Shown: piece by piece, positions 38,384-50,810 of the stretch
Position numbering within the stretch: position 1 is the first letter of the stretch
How the letters are laid out: every line of letters begins with the position of its first letter
Assembly: GCA_963693365.1 (NCBI GenBank)
Contig: CAVNZM010000013.1
Location: forward strand, 7,872,440 to 7,936,439
Length of the DNA stretch: 64,000 nucleotides
Direction of reading: 5' to 3'
Source of the DNA: Amoebidium appalachense
Taxonomy: Eukaryota > Protista > Ichthyosporea
Notes under the pieces: generated by a model
What the model was told of the DNA's origin: nothing
The model's input: only the letters and a program-made list of their open reading frames with translations
Database searches by the model: none
Program-made: the position numbers and the translations under genes

Positions 38384-38845
38384 GGTTTGTGGTGGGTGCG
38401 GTGGGGGAAACGTAGTTGTAGTGGTGGCGGCGGGTAGGCCCCACATTCACATCTTACTTAGGGTTTGTGGTGGGTGCGGTGGGGGAAACGTAGTTGTAGT
38501 GGTGGCGGCGGGTAGGCCCCACATTCACATCTTACTTAGGGTTTGTGGTGGGTGCGGTGGGGGAAACGTAGTTGTAGTGGTGGCGGCGGGTAGGCCCCAC
38601 ATTCACATCTTACTTAGGGTTTGTGGTGGGTGCGGTGGGGGAAACGTAGTTGTAGTGGTGGCGGCGGGTAGGCCCCACATTCACATCTTACTTAGGGTTT
38701 GTGGTGGGTGCGGTGGGGGAAACGTAGTTGTAGTGGTGGCGGCGGGTAGGCCCCACATTCACATCTTACTTAGGGTTTGTGGTGGGTGCGGTGGGGGAAA
38801 CGTATTTGTGGTGGTGTGGGCAGTAGGCACACATCCACATCTATA
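38381..38845. repeat. Tandem repeat, 78-bp unit, about 6 copies, starting at the KDM4 stop codon
   Basis: TAGGGTTTGTGGTGGGTGCGGTGGGGGAAACGTAGTTGTAGTGGTGGCGGCGGGTAGGCCCCACATTCACATCTTACT. Confidence 0.95.
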
Positions 38846-39099
38846 GGGGTTTGTGATGGGTGTGGTGGAGGAAAGACGTGGTACAAAGTTTTCATACCAA
38901 GTTTTCTGTAATGTTTATTCGAATGTGATCTGCTTCAATCTTATCCAAATTTTCATGTATATTGTATTTGCCCGGTAACAGTACCAAGTTTCCGTAATGA
39001 TTATTGAATGTATTTGCCCGTGGTAGCGGGAGAGACTCCATTTAATATACCCCAAGTCTCCTTTTCAATCTGTGTACAAGCACACTGGCACGTACATTG

Positions 39100-39224
<125 letters not shown>

Positions 39225-39415
39225 GATACACATGCTACCAAGTTTTCATTGAACGGTGAAGGGGAGGGGGGGGGAGATAGACTCCAGCTCATCAAAATTA
39301 AACATCCCAACAGATTCTCTCGTCATTTACATTTTCCATGTTTGTGGAGGTTCTCTCGTCATTTACATTTTCCATGTTTGTGGTGTAAGTCCATTCATCC
39401 TTTGTGTGTAGGTCT

Positions 39416-39676
39416 CTATGCATCCTCAGGCTCCATCATCTTCTGCAGTACAATTGCTGTCTGTCGTTGATTCTTCGGCACCCACTTCTTGAATCCACAC
39501 TTCTCCGCCAACTCATCGGGCAGATCTATATAGCCCTTTTCCGCAAGCTCTTGTGCGTATGCTCGTTGCTACATCTGCGTCCGCCGGGTGGTGGCCTCGG
39601 TCGGCACAATAGTTGCCTGCACCACGGGTGCCTTGCCGGGCTCCTCCTTCAGCTTGTACTCCCATTGGTACGCCAT
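39416..39676 (-). pseudogene. Small virus-like ORF interrupted by an in-frame TAG
   Basis: MAYQWEYKLKEEPGKAPVVQATIVPTEATTRRTQM*QRAYAQELAEKGYIDLPDELAEKCGFKKW...; stop at 39569-39571. Confidence 0.4.
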
Positions 39677-39712
39677 ACTCTATGCCACAAAAATCTCTGC
39701 TCACCCAACCCT

Positions 39713-40105
39713 TCAAGTGCGCTCCTTGATCACCACCGCAGGCGCATGCGCACACGTGGGGCACGCCGGGCACTTCTGCTCGGGCGGGCAGCGCGTGCAT
39801 GCGGGGCACTGTGCGCACCGAGTGGGGCTGGCACCGCACACGTGGCAGCGGGGGCAGTGCGCACACTTGCGGCGGGGAACGCAGCTGCCGCAGCTGGCAC
39901 ACATTGGGCACGCGCGCTGGCACTTGAGCACTGCCAGGCGCCGCCGCACACGTGGGCTGAACGTGTCCCAGAGCACGTAGAGGATCAGGCCGGCCAGGAT
40001 GGCCAGTAGGATGGGGGAGGGCCCGGGGGTGCTGCGCGGGCTTGTGCGGATCGGGGGAGGGGGTGCGAATGGGCTGGGTGGGGGAAGGGGTGCGCCAGCG
40101 TCCAT
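39713..40105 (-). CDS. Small membrane-anchored Cys-rich (CPxC repeat) protein
   Basis: TM ILLAILAGLILYVLW followed by CPMC, CGSC, CAHCPRC, CPAC, CPTC; GC3-rich codons. Confidence 0.65.
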   Translation of the reverse strand: MDAGAPLPPPSPFAPPPPIRTSPRSTPGPSPILLAILAGLILYVLWDTFSPRVRRRLAVLKCQRACPMCASCGSCVPRRKCAHCPRCHVCGASPTRCAQCPACTRCPPEQKCPACPTCAHAPAVVIKERT

Positions 40106-40189
40106 GTTACCCGGTGCACGATATAATGTGGGGTTGGGGTTGTGCGGGCAGATGGGAGGAGGGTTTGGGGGGGGGGAGGGGGGGGGGGG

Positions 40190-40410
40190 CGCTCATGAGC
40201 AAGGGTATGGTGATAGCGATCATGACCCTACTCGCCAACAACACAGGTGCAAGCGCACGGTGATAGCGCTCATGACCCTACTCTCAAGCAACACAGGTGC
40301 AAGCGCACGGTGATAGCGCTCATGACCCTACTCGCCAACAACACAGGTGCAAGCGCACGGTGATAGCGCTCATGACCCTACTCTCAAGCAACACAGGTGC
40401 AAGCGCACGG
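40190..40410 (+). repeat. Tandem repeat, 50-bp unit, about 4 copies (reverse complement of the 43020-45255 unit)
   Basis: GTGATAGCGCTCATGACCCTACTCTCAAGCAACACAGGTGCAAGCGCACG. Confidence 0.92.
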
Positions 40411-40765
40411 GCAGGCCCGACCATAACCCCGTTTTTACGGTAAAAAATACCCTAAACGTTTCAAAAATACCATCATATTTTCAGTTTATGGTAAACCCCT
40501 GCAAATTTCGTGGTAAGCTAAAATAGGAACCCCCTTTCACCCCCTTTTAACTGGGGATGAAAAATACCATACACCCCAGGCAAAAATATTCCGGACTTCA
40601 AAAAATACCAAGAAACAAATCCGAATTTTCGGGCTTGCACACGGGTTATGCCGAAGCAACACCAATTGGATTTGGCCAATCAGCGCGGCTAGCCGATTGT
40701 AACTAGATTTATCCAACCAATCATCCGTTAAAAGATGTGTCATCCGCGTTTAGCCAATCAGCGCG

Positions 40766-42625
40766 ATGACTGATGTTATTATATCCAAATCGTTTCAAAT
40801 ACACCGACCTCAGCTGCACGAAAACACAACAGGATTTGGCATGCAGGGTATAGGCAGAATTATTATTTCGCTGTCAGCAATGGGACTTGCACCCTCAATG
40901 CCAGTGCGTGTTCGGATCGTTCCATCGAAGACACCGCTGTTGTTAGGCCCTGTAGGGGAAGATGTTGTAGTGTTTTCTCTTGCAAACACCAACGGCCTTG
41001 CCACGGTTTCAACCCCCGAAGATGTCACTCTAGTGGAAACGTTGCACCCTTTTGTTGTGTTTGAGGTAGACACCTCGTTGAGTCTATTGCAACTGCAGGA
41101 AGAGTTGAAAGCAGGTTTCCGTGCATGCACAGCGGTGTACCTCCGAAGCTATGACAAGCTGGCCGTGTACAACCCTGAAGGGCGCTGTTGCCTTGCAACT
41201 AGGACGGTGATGCAGGCCACAGCAGCAGAGATTGCGGCAAAAATGTCCGAACTGGACCAAAAAACGAGCGAGAGCTTTGCCGATATGTTTTTTGCAACCT
41301 CCACTTTGGCGGATGTCCAATACGCCATAGAGAATAACAGTGATTTTCAGGATAGTAGGTTCTGGAACTGGTGGGGTTTACTTCCTGAGGATGCTATTAG
41401 AAGGATCGTAGAGACACACCCCAGTGAGGGGTACACGGGGGACAGCAAACTGCGGCATTCCCCGCCGTGCACTGCGTGGTTGCGAGGGTCTGCAGGAGTT
41501 GTCAAGTTAGACAGCTCTGCGTATACGTTAGAGTCGTTTAACACGTGTTTGCTGCTGCGATTGATGGACCATTATGCCCACCGGAGGGACCACGACAACG
41601 ACGGCTACGACGATGTCCATGCGAATATAATACTAGATATGGCCACCCAAAAGGCCAATATTTTGGCACAAGCTGCCTCAAACCCGCCAGTTACAACTGC
41701 ACCCCGTACCCAAGCCCACCTGTACGACTACGCAAACATCATTAGACACAAGCTGGAATGGGACAAAAAGCTTTCGAATTTAGTTAGCAGGGTCCAGGCG
41801 GATTACAGCGAGGGTGGGCCTGCCGAGCGCAAAAACATATTCGGGCGGTGCACGGGGTGGTTTGCTTACGAGATTCAGGAAGGGCAGGAAGAAGGCGAGT
41901 TTGTTCCCCTGGGCCAGATCGATACCGACATCGAAACCGTCGAAATTTCCACGTACATGCGGCGTCTGCAAGTGGGCGTGTCGTGGCAGATGCTTGTGGA
42001 CGTCATGAACAAACGACACGTCATGGTGCTTCCCTTCGATTGGGGAGACTTCATTGACACAATCAGGAAAGATGTTGAGCGCGAAGAGTTCAAAACAGCC
42101 AAAGCGGAGGGGCAAGGTAGAGATTTGCCATTCGTTGTTGACGGGTTGTATGCTTACGACACCGAAACCCGGCAAGCGGCCGTCATCTACCCCCCGAGTG
42201 GATTTGACCAAATCATGCTCAACGATGCCGACGGCGTCTGCCCCTGGCAGGCAGACATCGAGTTATTTTGGGTAGAAACCCCCTCCGACCAGTTGGAACA
42301 ACAGCGCGGCAGCTATATCGGTATTAACAAGACCACGGGCCAGCCTGACACGTCTCCCAGCGCGGATGCCCTGTGGAGTGCTGTTCCTATCGCCGAGGTT
42401 TTGGATGGTGCGGATTGGTACCCGCAACTGCCGTGTCAGATAGCCCTCGAGGATGCCATCAGGAATCACCATGTGCAAGTAGTTGGTGAACCATGCGACC
42501 ACTGGCTGTGTTATGAAGCAGCAACCAACACATGGGATGAACTTTGGCCTGACTGTGATCGGTATCACCATATTACCAGCAGGCCAGGCGACTTCGTGCT
42601 CTTTTACGATCAATGGTCTGACTGA
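40766..42625 (+). CDS. Intronless hypothetical protein, ~600 aa, acidic C-terminal half
   Basis: Long open frame with normal composition; true start may be a downstream ATG (e.g. 40841). No family recognised; weak F-box-like LLPEDAIRRI. Confidence 0.8.
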   Translation: MTDVIISKSFQIHRPQLHENTTGFGMQGIGRIIISLSAMGLAPSMPVRVRIVPSKTPLLLGPVGEDVVVFSLANTNGLATVSTPEDVTLVETLHPFVVFEVDTSLSLLQLQEELKAGFRACTAVYLRSYDKLAVYNPEGRCCLATRTVMQATAAEIAAKMSELDQKTSESFADMFFATSTLADVQYAIENNSDFQDSRFWNWWGLLPEDAIRRIVETHPSEGYTGDSKLRHSPPCTAWLRGSAGVVKLDSSAYTLESFNTCLLLRLMDHYAHRRDHDNDGYDDVHANIILDMATQKANILAQAASNPPVTTAPRTQAHLYDYANIIRHKLEWDKKLSNLVSRVQADYSEGGPAERKNIFGRCTGWFAYEIQEGQEEGEFVPLGQIDTDIETVEISTYMRRLQVGVSWQMLVDVMNKRHVMVLPFDWGDFIDTIRKDVEREEFKTAKAEGQGRDLPFVVDGLYAYDTETRQAAVIYPPSGFDQIMLNDADGVCPWQADIELFWVETPSDQLEQQRGSYIGINKTTGQPDTSPSADALWSAVPIAEVLDGADWYPQLPCQIALEDAIRNHHVQVVGEPCDHWLCYEAATNTWDELWPDCDRYHHITSRPGDFVLFYDQWSD

Positions 42626-42729
42626 TCGGTATCACCATATTACTAGGGTAGGCGACTTCGTGCTTTTTCACAATCAATAAAATTCAACTTATTATAACTA
42701 CTGTGACACTCAGTGCATTCTCACGAAGG

Positions 42730-43019
42730 GGCTGGGGGAGGGGGGATGCAAAGTGTGCATGTGTGTTCCCGAATGCCTTTGTGTGTGTGTGGGGGGAGGG
42801 GGATTGTGGGGGGGGGGGGGGGAGGGGGGATGCAAAGTGTGCATGTGTGTTCCCGAATGCCTTTGTGTGTGTGTGGGGGGAGGGGGATTGTGGGGGGGGG
42901 GGGGGGGGGAGGGGGGGATGCAAAGTTTGCATGTGTGTTCCCGAATGCCTTTGTGTGTGTGGGGGGGGAGGGGGGAGGGGGGATGCAAAGTGTGCATGTG
43001 TGTTCCCGAATGCCTTTGT

Positions 43020-43020
<1 letters not shown>
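42730..43020. repeat. Tandem repeat (~75-bp unit with G tracts), about 4 copies
   Basis: GGATGCAAAGTGTGCATGTGTGTTCCCGAATGCCTTTGTGTGTGT-Gn. Confidence 0.9.
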
Positions 43021-45255
<2,235 letters not shown>

Positions 45256-45447
45256 GCTCTTTGTTTTGTTTTTTGGGGGAGAGGGGCTTCCCACCCTCTT
45301 GTCCGTGGCTTCTCTATTTTTTTTTCATCTTTTACGTCTTTGCCTGCACCCGGTCAAGGTGTACCTCGTGCGCTTCCTGGAGAAGCACGTGCTGGGGTGG
45401 TAGCCAGCCGGTCATCCCCAACAATTGGGACTCCTGTCAATAAACGG

Positions 45448-45560
45448 TTTCGACCAATCAGATTGAACCGGTTTCGTGCAATCAGATTTAATGTTTCGAC
45501 CAATCAGATTGAACCGGTTTCGTACAATCAGATTTAATGTTTCGACCAATCAGATTGAAT
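45448..45560 (+). promoter_or_regulatory. Tandem CCAAT-box array (46-bp unit)
   Basis: TTCGACCAATCAGATTGAACCGGTTTCGTGCAATCAGATTTAATGT x2.5, upstream of the ZnF/helicase pair. Confidence 0.5.
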
Positions 45561-45639
45561 AGCGGGTGAATACGATTCAAGCATTATTCAAAGGTGGTCT
45601 CCGTGATTCGACCAATATTGAAATGGATGCTCCGTGGAT

Positions 45640-45900
45640 CGAACGATATTGACTGAGGGTTCGTGTTGGTTGACCGGATATTGGCAGGGGTTCGCGCGAT
45701 GTTCGTTTTGGGTTCACTAGATTTGCGCCAAACACGAGTTCGGGTTGACCGGATATTGGCAGGGGTTCGCGCGATGTTCGTTTTGGGTTCACTAGATTTG
45801 CGCCAAACACGAGTTCGGGTTGACCGGATATTGACCGAGGGTTCGTGTTTGGTTGACCGTTTATTGGCCAACTCTGCGCTGCTTTGACCGTTTATTGGCC
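45640..45900. repeat. Tandem repeat, 75-bp unit, about 2.5 copies
   Basis: GTTGACCGGATATTGGCAGGGGTTCGCGCGATGTTCGTTTTGGGTTCACTAGATTTGCGCCAAACACGAGTTCGG. Confidence 0.9.
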
Positions 45901-46154
45901 AACGTGAACTCTGCGCTAGCTTCGTTGAATATTCACTACTTCGCGTAATTCACCCCCCCCCCCTACCGCTGAGACATCCTGTATAGTGCGCAGAAAAAAA
46001 CAGCCAGAATGCGATCTACTAGTACCTGACTCACTCTTAATACTTTAAATCACTTTGAAATGTTTTGAAAATACTTGTGAATCACTTCAAAGTGATTCCA
46101 AAGTCAGGGGTTATAAAACCGTTATCGTGTTTCTTTTCTTGCCACTTAGCAGCA

Positions 46155-46610
46155 ATGGATCACCCATGCACACCAGCCATAGAAACCCCCTCTGAACCGA
46201 GGCGCTACGCTTGCACACTGTGTCCAGCAATGTTTACGTTGAAGGCAAATCTTAAACGGCACCAAAACAGCCACAAGATTGAGTGCACGGGTGCCTTTAC
46301 CTGCCCCCAACCCGGCTGTTTTGCCACATTTGCCCGCAGCGACCACATGAAACTACATCACCGCACACACTCCGGTGGCCGACCCTATCAATGTCCGGTC
46401 TGTCCCGCCACTTATGTGTATCCTTCCGGTTTGTGGGCTCACCGGCGAACAGTCCATGAGGGCTGTCGGCTGTCAAGGCGGCACCGGCGTGCAAGTGGGC
46501 GTTTTACATGCCCCGTCGACCAGTGCCGGGCAGCATTTGCTTGGTCTACAACCCTGAACAGGCATGTCGAGACTGAACATCACAACCTGGAGCTCGGTCC
46601 GAAAGTATAA
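46155..46610 (+). CDS. Intronless C2H2 zinc-finger protein (4 fingers)
   Basis: CTLC..HQNSH, CPQPGC..HHRTH-SGGRPY linker, CPVC..HRRTVH, CPVDQC..HVETEH; TATAAAA at 46112. Confidence 0.9.
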   Translation: MDHPCTPAIETPSEPRRYACTLCPAMFTLKANLKRHQNSHKIECTGAFTCPQPGCFATFARSDHMKLHHRTHSGGRPYQCPVCPATYVYPSGLWAHRRTVHEGCRLSRRHRRASGRFTCPVDQCRAAFAWSTTLNRHVETEHHNLELGPKV

Positions 46611-46667
46611 AAGCATGATGCACGTCTCAGACCCATCAAATATTATCTATCCCTACTACCAAGCACA

Positions 46668-48161
46668 ATGGATGCAATCCGCTCAAAGATGGACATTGAC
46701 CGTAACGAGAAGAGGGAAAGGCTCCGTGTGGCATTTGACGATTTCGAGCGGCTCACAGGGAACTACAACAACTGGTTGCCTCCGCATGAGGTTGCAGACT
46801 ACAAATGGGAAAGTATGGACCAAGTTTACACGTTCCTGCGCACACTGGTCGCATACTCAAACAAAGACCAGGTGTACATCGTCAAGCACTTCGAGGATGG
46901 CCGATTCATCCATCAGATCAAGCCAAAGGAGAAGGTTGTGGACATGTTGTCAAAATACTCCTTCACACTGCCAGGGGATGGCGTTGGAAAGAAGCCCGAA
47001 TACAAGGGAGCCAATTATGTTACCGACATGCGTGGAATACTGGTGTACTACAGGGGTATCGTGTTTGACCCTAGCGACCCCGACCCCAAAACGGGTCAGC
47101 GCAACCCCATGTACACTGACTGCCACAACCGCGCCTTCAACAGCTTTCCGGGATTCCGGTTTGTATACGAGCCGGGATTTGTTGTGGATGAGTCTGTGCT
47201 CCAGCCTTTCCTTGAGCATGCAAGGGATGTCATTTGTGCAGGGGACGAAATCCTGTTCCATTATGTCATCGAGTGGCTGGGGCACATGTTTCAATACCCA
47301 GCCCAAAAGCCAGAGTCTGCATGGCTGATGCGTAGCATTGAGGGTACCGGCAAGAACGTGTTTGTGAAAATCATCACGAATCTGCTGGGTGAAGAGCTGG
47401 TCGGTGTTGTGGAGACCGAGGATCGCCTTTCTTCTTGCTTCAATGTCGGAATCACGTTCAAGTTGCTCGTAGTGTGCAACGAGGTAACCTATGGAAAGAG
47501 CCATCGTACCCCCAACCATTTGAAGACCCTCATTACCGACGACACCATGACCTACGAGTCCAAGGGCATCGATGCAGTCAAGGTCAGGTCGTGTGAGCGC
47601 TGGATCCTGATGTCCAATGAACAGCATCCAATCCCTGTAAGCCGGACAGACAGACGCTATGCATGCATGGAGGTATCTGACAGGCGTGTCGGTGATGAGG
47701 TATACTTTCGTAACCTCGTCCATTGCTATAGTAGTGTGTCTGTACTGAAAACCCTGTACCACTGGCTTATGAGGATCCACATCAGAGACCCAAACCGGGT
47801 GCTTCCGCCAATGACCGCCTTGAAGCGGAAGCTTCAGGATATGAGTGGGCCACTGGAGTTGCAGTTTCTGCGAGATCTATTGAAACGTGAGAACGGGTTT
47901 GAAGATATGCAGATGTTTGAGGACGGAGCGCGTGTTACATCAACAACGCTTTTTCATCTTTTCCAGTTGTGGTGGGAGAGAAACACAACCGACAAGTCCA
48001 GAAGACCCACACAACGAGACTTTGGGATGGCCGTCACTGCCATTTTGGGGGAGGTCAAGAGTACGAGGGTGAATGCGATCGCCTATGGTGCTGAGGACTG
48101 CAAATCTGCTTCGGGGATAACTCGCTGCTACACCCTTGACCGAACACTCGTGGGTGTGTGA
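46668..48161 (+). CDS. SF3-type (D5/NrS-1/DUF5906-like) helicase without an obvious primase domain
   Basis: FNSFPGF, HYVIEWLGHMFQYPAQK, Walker A EGTGKN, Walker B LVVCNE, LKTLITD, motif C ILMSN, DRRY. Confidence 0.88.
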   Translation: MDAIRSKMDIDRNEKRERLRVAFDDFERLTGNYNNWLPPHEVADYKWESMDQVYTFLRTLVAYSNKDQVYIVKHFEDGRFIHQIKPKEKVVDMLSKYSFTLPGDGVGKKPEYKGANYVTDMRGILVYYRGIVFDPSDPDPKTGQRNPMYTDCHNRAFNSFPGFRFVYEPGFVVDESVLQPFLEHARDVICAGDEILFHYVIEWLGHMFQYPAQKPESAWLMRSIEGTGKNVFVKIITNLLGEELVGVVETEDRLSSCFNVGITFKLLVVCNEVTYGKSHRTPNHLKTLITDDTMTYESKGIDAVKVRSCERWILMSNEQHPIPVSRTDRRYACMEVSDRRVGDEVYFRNLVHCYSSVSVLKTLYHWLMRIHIRDPNRVLPPMTALKRKLQDMSGPLELQFLRDLLKRENGFEDMQMFEDGARVTSTTLFHLFQLWWERNTTDKSRRPTQRDFGMAVTAILGEVKSTRVNAIAYGAEDCKSASGITRCYTLDRTLVGV

Positions 48162-48529
48162 CTGTATTTGTTCTACGTAACATGCTCTGTAGAGGGGTAA
48201 CGTTACCGTAACGTTACGTAGAGGGAGAAACCAACCAATCAAAACACAGCAATTTTCCAAAATCAACCATTGTAACTTTTGTAACATACTTTTCTTATTT
48301 GTAGAGGGTGTGTATAGAGAAATAAATTGGCTGGGAGGGGAGGTTTGGAGGGCTCTGATTGGTTGCTGGGTGGTGTTGCTATGGAGATTTTCCATTTTGG
48401 GACGGAGTTGAAACATCCCTCTACACGGTTACAGACTCCACACCGTGGTGGTCGAAAACAGTATAACGGCTTAGAATCTTGGAAATCAGAAATCCAGGCA
48501 TTGATGTTATCGCATGCCTCCTCCCCCCC

Positions 48530-48690
48530 TCCTGGATGGCTGGGGGTGTCTGTGGGGGGCACACAAGGACCAATAAAGGAACCACACACCCACCCCGCGC
48601 GCGAGGCATGCGAGGCACGCGAGGCACGCGAGGCACCCGCGCCCCCAGCCACCCCCAGCCCCGCCCAGCCCCCCCCAGCCCCCCACGCGC
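48530..48690 (+). repeat. Intergenic hairpin-forming repeat, copy A
   Basis: TGGCTGGGGGTGTCTGTGGGGGGCACACAAGGACCAATAAAGGAA...(GCGAGGCAC)n...CAGCCACCCCCAGCC. Confidence 0.85.
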
Positions 48691-48793
48691 CGCAACATTG
48701 TCGGGCGCCCACACAAGGTCGAAAGTGCGATGTGTGATTGTCAATGGGTAACCCGGTTGGGGCGGCACGCGAATTTTATGTGTGCGGTATGTG

Positions 48794-49207
48794 ATGACGG
48801 ACACCGAGCTTGAGTTTGCACGGAACATGGTCGTATACGAGCTGGCCGACCGGCTGGAAGGCGTCGAGGACACGCTCACCAAGGTCGGGCGCATCGACGT
48901 GCTGACGGACCACCAGATCGTCCAGGTCGAGCAGCTGGCCGACTGGAAGACCGCCATGGCGAACGTGCTGGCGAACCACCACTTCCACCCCGACAAGGAG
49001 ATGCGCGTGCACCTGTTCAACCACGGCCCGCCCGTGCCCGCCGAAACCATCGCGCACGCCATGAGGATCATGGACAAGCACGAGATCATGGTGACGTGCG
49101 AGGAGGACATCCTGTACGGGCTGTTTCCGGTTGGGCCCCACAGTGCCCCCCCACCCGTGCACACGGCACCCGCCGCTGCGCCAGAGGCTCGGAAGTCCGG
49201 GCGTTGA
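48794..49207 (+). CDS. Degenerate PD-(D/E)xK nuclease-fold protein of a giant-virus-type family
   Basis: ELADRLEGVEDTLTKVGRIDVLTDHQIVQVEQLADWKTAMANVL...P..RVHLF resembles the consensus G.IDILT..EIIEVK...WK.A.GQ..Y, but ExK is QxE. Confidence 0.6.
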   Translation: MTDTELEFARNMVVYELADRLEGVEDTLTKVGRIDVLTDHQIVQVEQLADWKTAMANVLANHHFHPDKEMRVHLFNHGPPVPAETIAHAMRIMDKHEIMVTCEEDILYGLFPVGPHSAPPPVHTAPAAAPEARKSGR

Positions 49208-49231
49208 TGGCGTGACACCTCCCCGGGGCGC

Positions 49232-49345
49232 GGGTGGCTGGGGGTGGCTGTGGGGGGCTGTGGGGGGCACACGAGGAACAATAAAGGAAGCACGAACACA
49301 CCCGGCGCGAGGCAGGCGAGGCACACGGGCACACGCACACACCAC
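49232..49345 (+). repeat. Intergenic repeat, copy B (lacks the 3' arm)
   Basis: GGGTGGCTGGGGGTGGCTGTGGGGGG...CACACGAGGAACAATAAAGGAAGCACGAACAC...GCGAGGCA. Confidence 0.85.
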
Positions 49346-49407
49346 ACAAGGTACCCGCCAGCCGGGCCAGCGCCTCGCAGGGCAGCTTTTCTCTTGAGAT
49401 CACGACT

Positions 49408-50385
49408 TTATTTGGTCGTGTGGCGGGCTGGAGTTGACACGGCACCCTTTCTCCTGAACACGTAGATGGGCTCGTAGTCCAGCCTACCAGCAACCCCTGA
49501 GCCGGGCCGGACGGCTATGGGCATGCGGTGTTTGGTGTACAGGGGCCAGCCCAGGCCTGCCATGTGCCTGCACATCCTCCTTTCGGTGATGCTCTGGCGT
49601 ATGTTGATGAGGACAAAGCCATCCGCGTCCATGTGCGCCACGACCTTTTCAAGCATGGGGATGTAGAACCTGGCCCACCAGTCTTCGTAGTCGCAGTAGG
49701 CTGGCATGTTTGCGTAGCACTCTATTTTGTAGTATGGTGGACTCGTGAAGGCGCAGTCGAACTTGCCGTGCACGGCCGCGGCCTCGAACGGGGCCCACTT
49801 TGTATCCACGTGGAGCGCTTGTGCCCCGCGCTTGCCTGCGGTGTTGTATGCTGCCAGCAGATCCCGGTAGGCACCTGCCATGTCGACGTTGCTGTCGACA
49901 CCGTAGTAGTGTGTGACGTGTGGGCTGGCCAGGGCTGCCAGCAGACGGTTGCCCCACCCCATGCATGGGTCGAGGACGCGTCCCTTGAGACAGTAGGTGG
50001 AGTAGAGCTGCTTGACAACAGCAGGCTTGAACTGACCAGGCGCGCCAAAGTTTATGGAGGCTGCATTTTGGATGTGACGGCCTGGATTTCTGGCCTGTGC
50101 CTTGAGCAGGCTTGCTCTACCCTCCCTGGTGCGCAAACAGTCATAGACACTGGGACGGGGTGTACCCCCCTTGTGGTAACGGGAAGCCCTGAAGCGGTGT
50201 TTGGCGAGGTAGACGTCTGCCGCCTTCAGGCCGACTCTGCTTTGCGTAGTTGGTGATCCTTTTCGGAGGGGTGGTGGGGTCCAGCGCACAAGACGCGCAA
50301 AGTCCCTCTGACCATCCGCACGCGAGTACTTTTGAACAACTTTTGTGTATGCGAGGTCTGCGCCATGCATTTCCATAATATGCAT
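49408..50385 (-). CDS. Amino (m4C/m6A) DNA methyltransferase
   Basis: FKPAVVKQLY, SAM-binding VLDPCMGWGNRL, YYGVDSN, catalytic FTSPPYY, terminal EPIYVF. Confidence 0.9.
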   Translation of the reverse strand: MHIMEMHGADLAYTKVVQKYSRADGQRDFARLVRWTPPPLRKGSPTTQSRVGLKAADVYLAKHRFRASRYHKGGTPRPSVYDCLRTREGRASLLKAQARNPGRHIQNAASINFGAPGQFKPAVVKQLYSTYCLKGRVLDPCMGWGNRLLAALASPHVTHYYGVDSNVDMAGAYRDLLAAYNTAGKRGAQALHVDTKWAPFEAAAVHGKFDCAFTSPPYYKIECYANMPAYCDYEDWWARFYIPMLEKVVAHMDADGFVLINIRQSITERRMCRHMAGLGWPLYTKHRMPIAVRPGSGVAGRLDYEPIYVFRRKGAVSTPARHTTK

Positions 50386-50440
50386 AAAATGACACGACCA
50401 CTCAAATCAAACGAGGAGAATCCCCCCCCCCACCGGGCCC

Positions 50441-50645
50441 TGGGTGGCTGGGGGTATCTGTGGGGGGCACACGAGGAACAATAGAGGAAGCACGAACACG
50501 TTCTGCGCGCGAGGCACGCGAGGCACACGGGCACACGGGCACACGGCGCACACAGCCGTTCTGCGCGCGAGGCATGCGTGGCATGCGAGGCAGACGAGGC
50601 ACCCCCAGCCACCCCCAGCCCCTCCCAGCCCCCCCACGCCCCGCG
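50441..50645 (+). repeat. Intergenic hairpin-forming repeat, copy C
   Basis: GGGTGGCTGGGGGT...CACACGAGGAACAATAGAGGAAGCACGAACAC...ACCCCCAGCCACCC; the two ends are inverted complements. Confidence 0.85.
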
Positions 50646-50764
50646 CAGGGCCGCAGTACGAAGAAGAAATCAAAAGCTTTTGAGATTTGGCGATCCCTCA
50701 AGTTCTTTCAAGTCAAGTATGCTCACCAACGTATCCTCAGCACGACTGAGGGTGCCACGCGCAG

Positions 50765-50810
50765 GTATAAAAGGAGCACACACGGCCACCTGGGGTCAGT
50801 CTGACACAGC
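50765..50810 (+). promoter_or_regulatory. TATA box + TCAGT initiator
   Basis: GTATAAAAGG at 50765, TCAGT 30 nt after the TATA, ATG at 50811. Confidence 0.65.
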
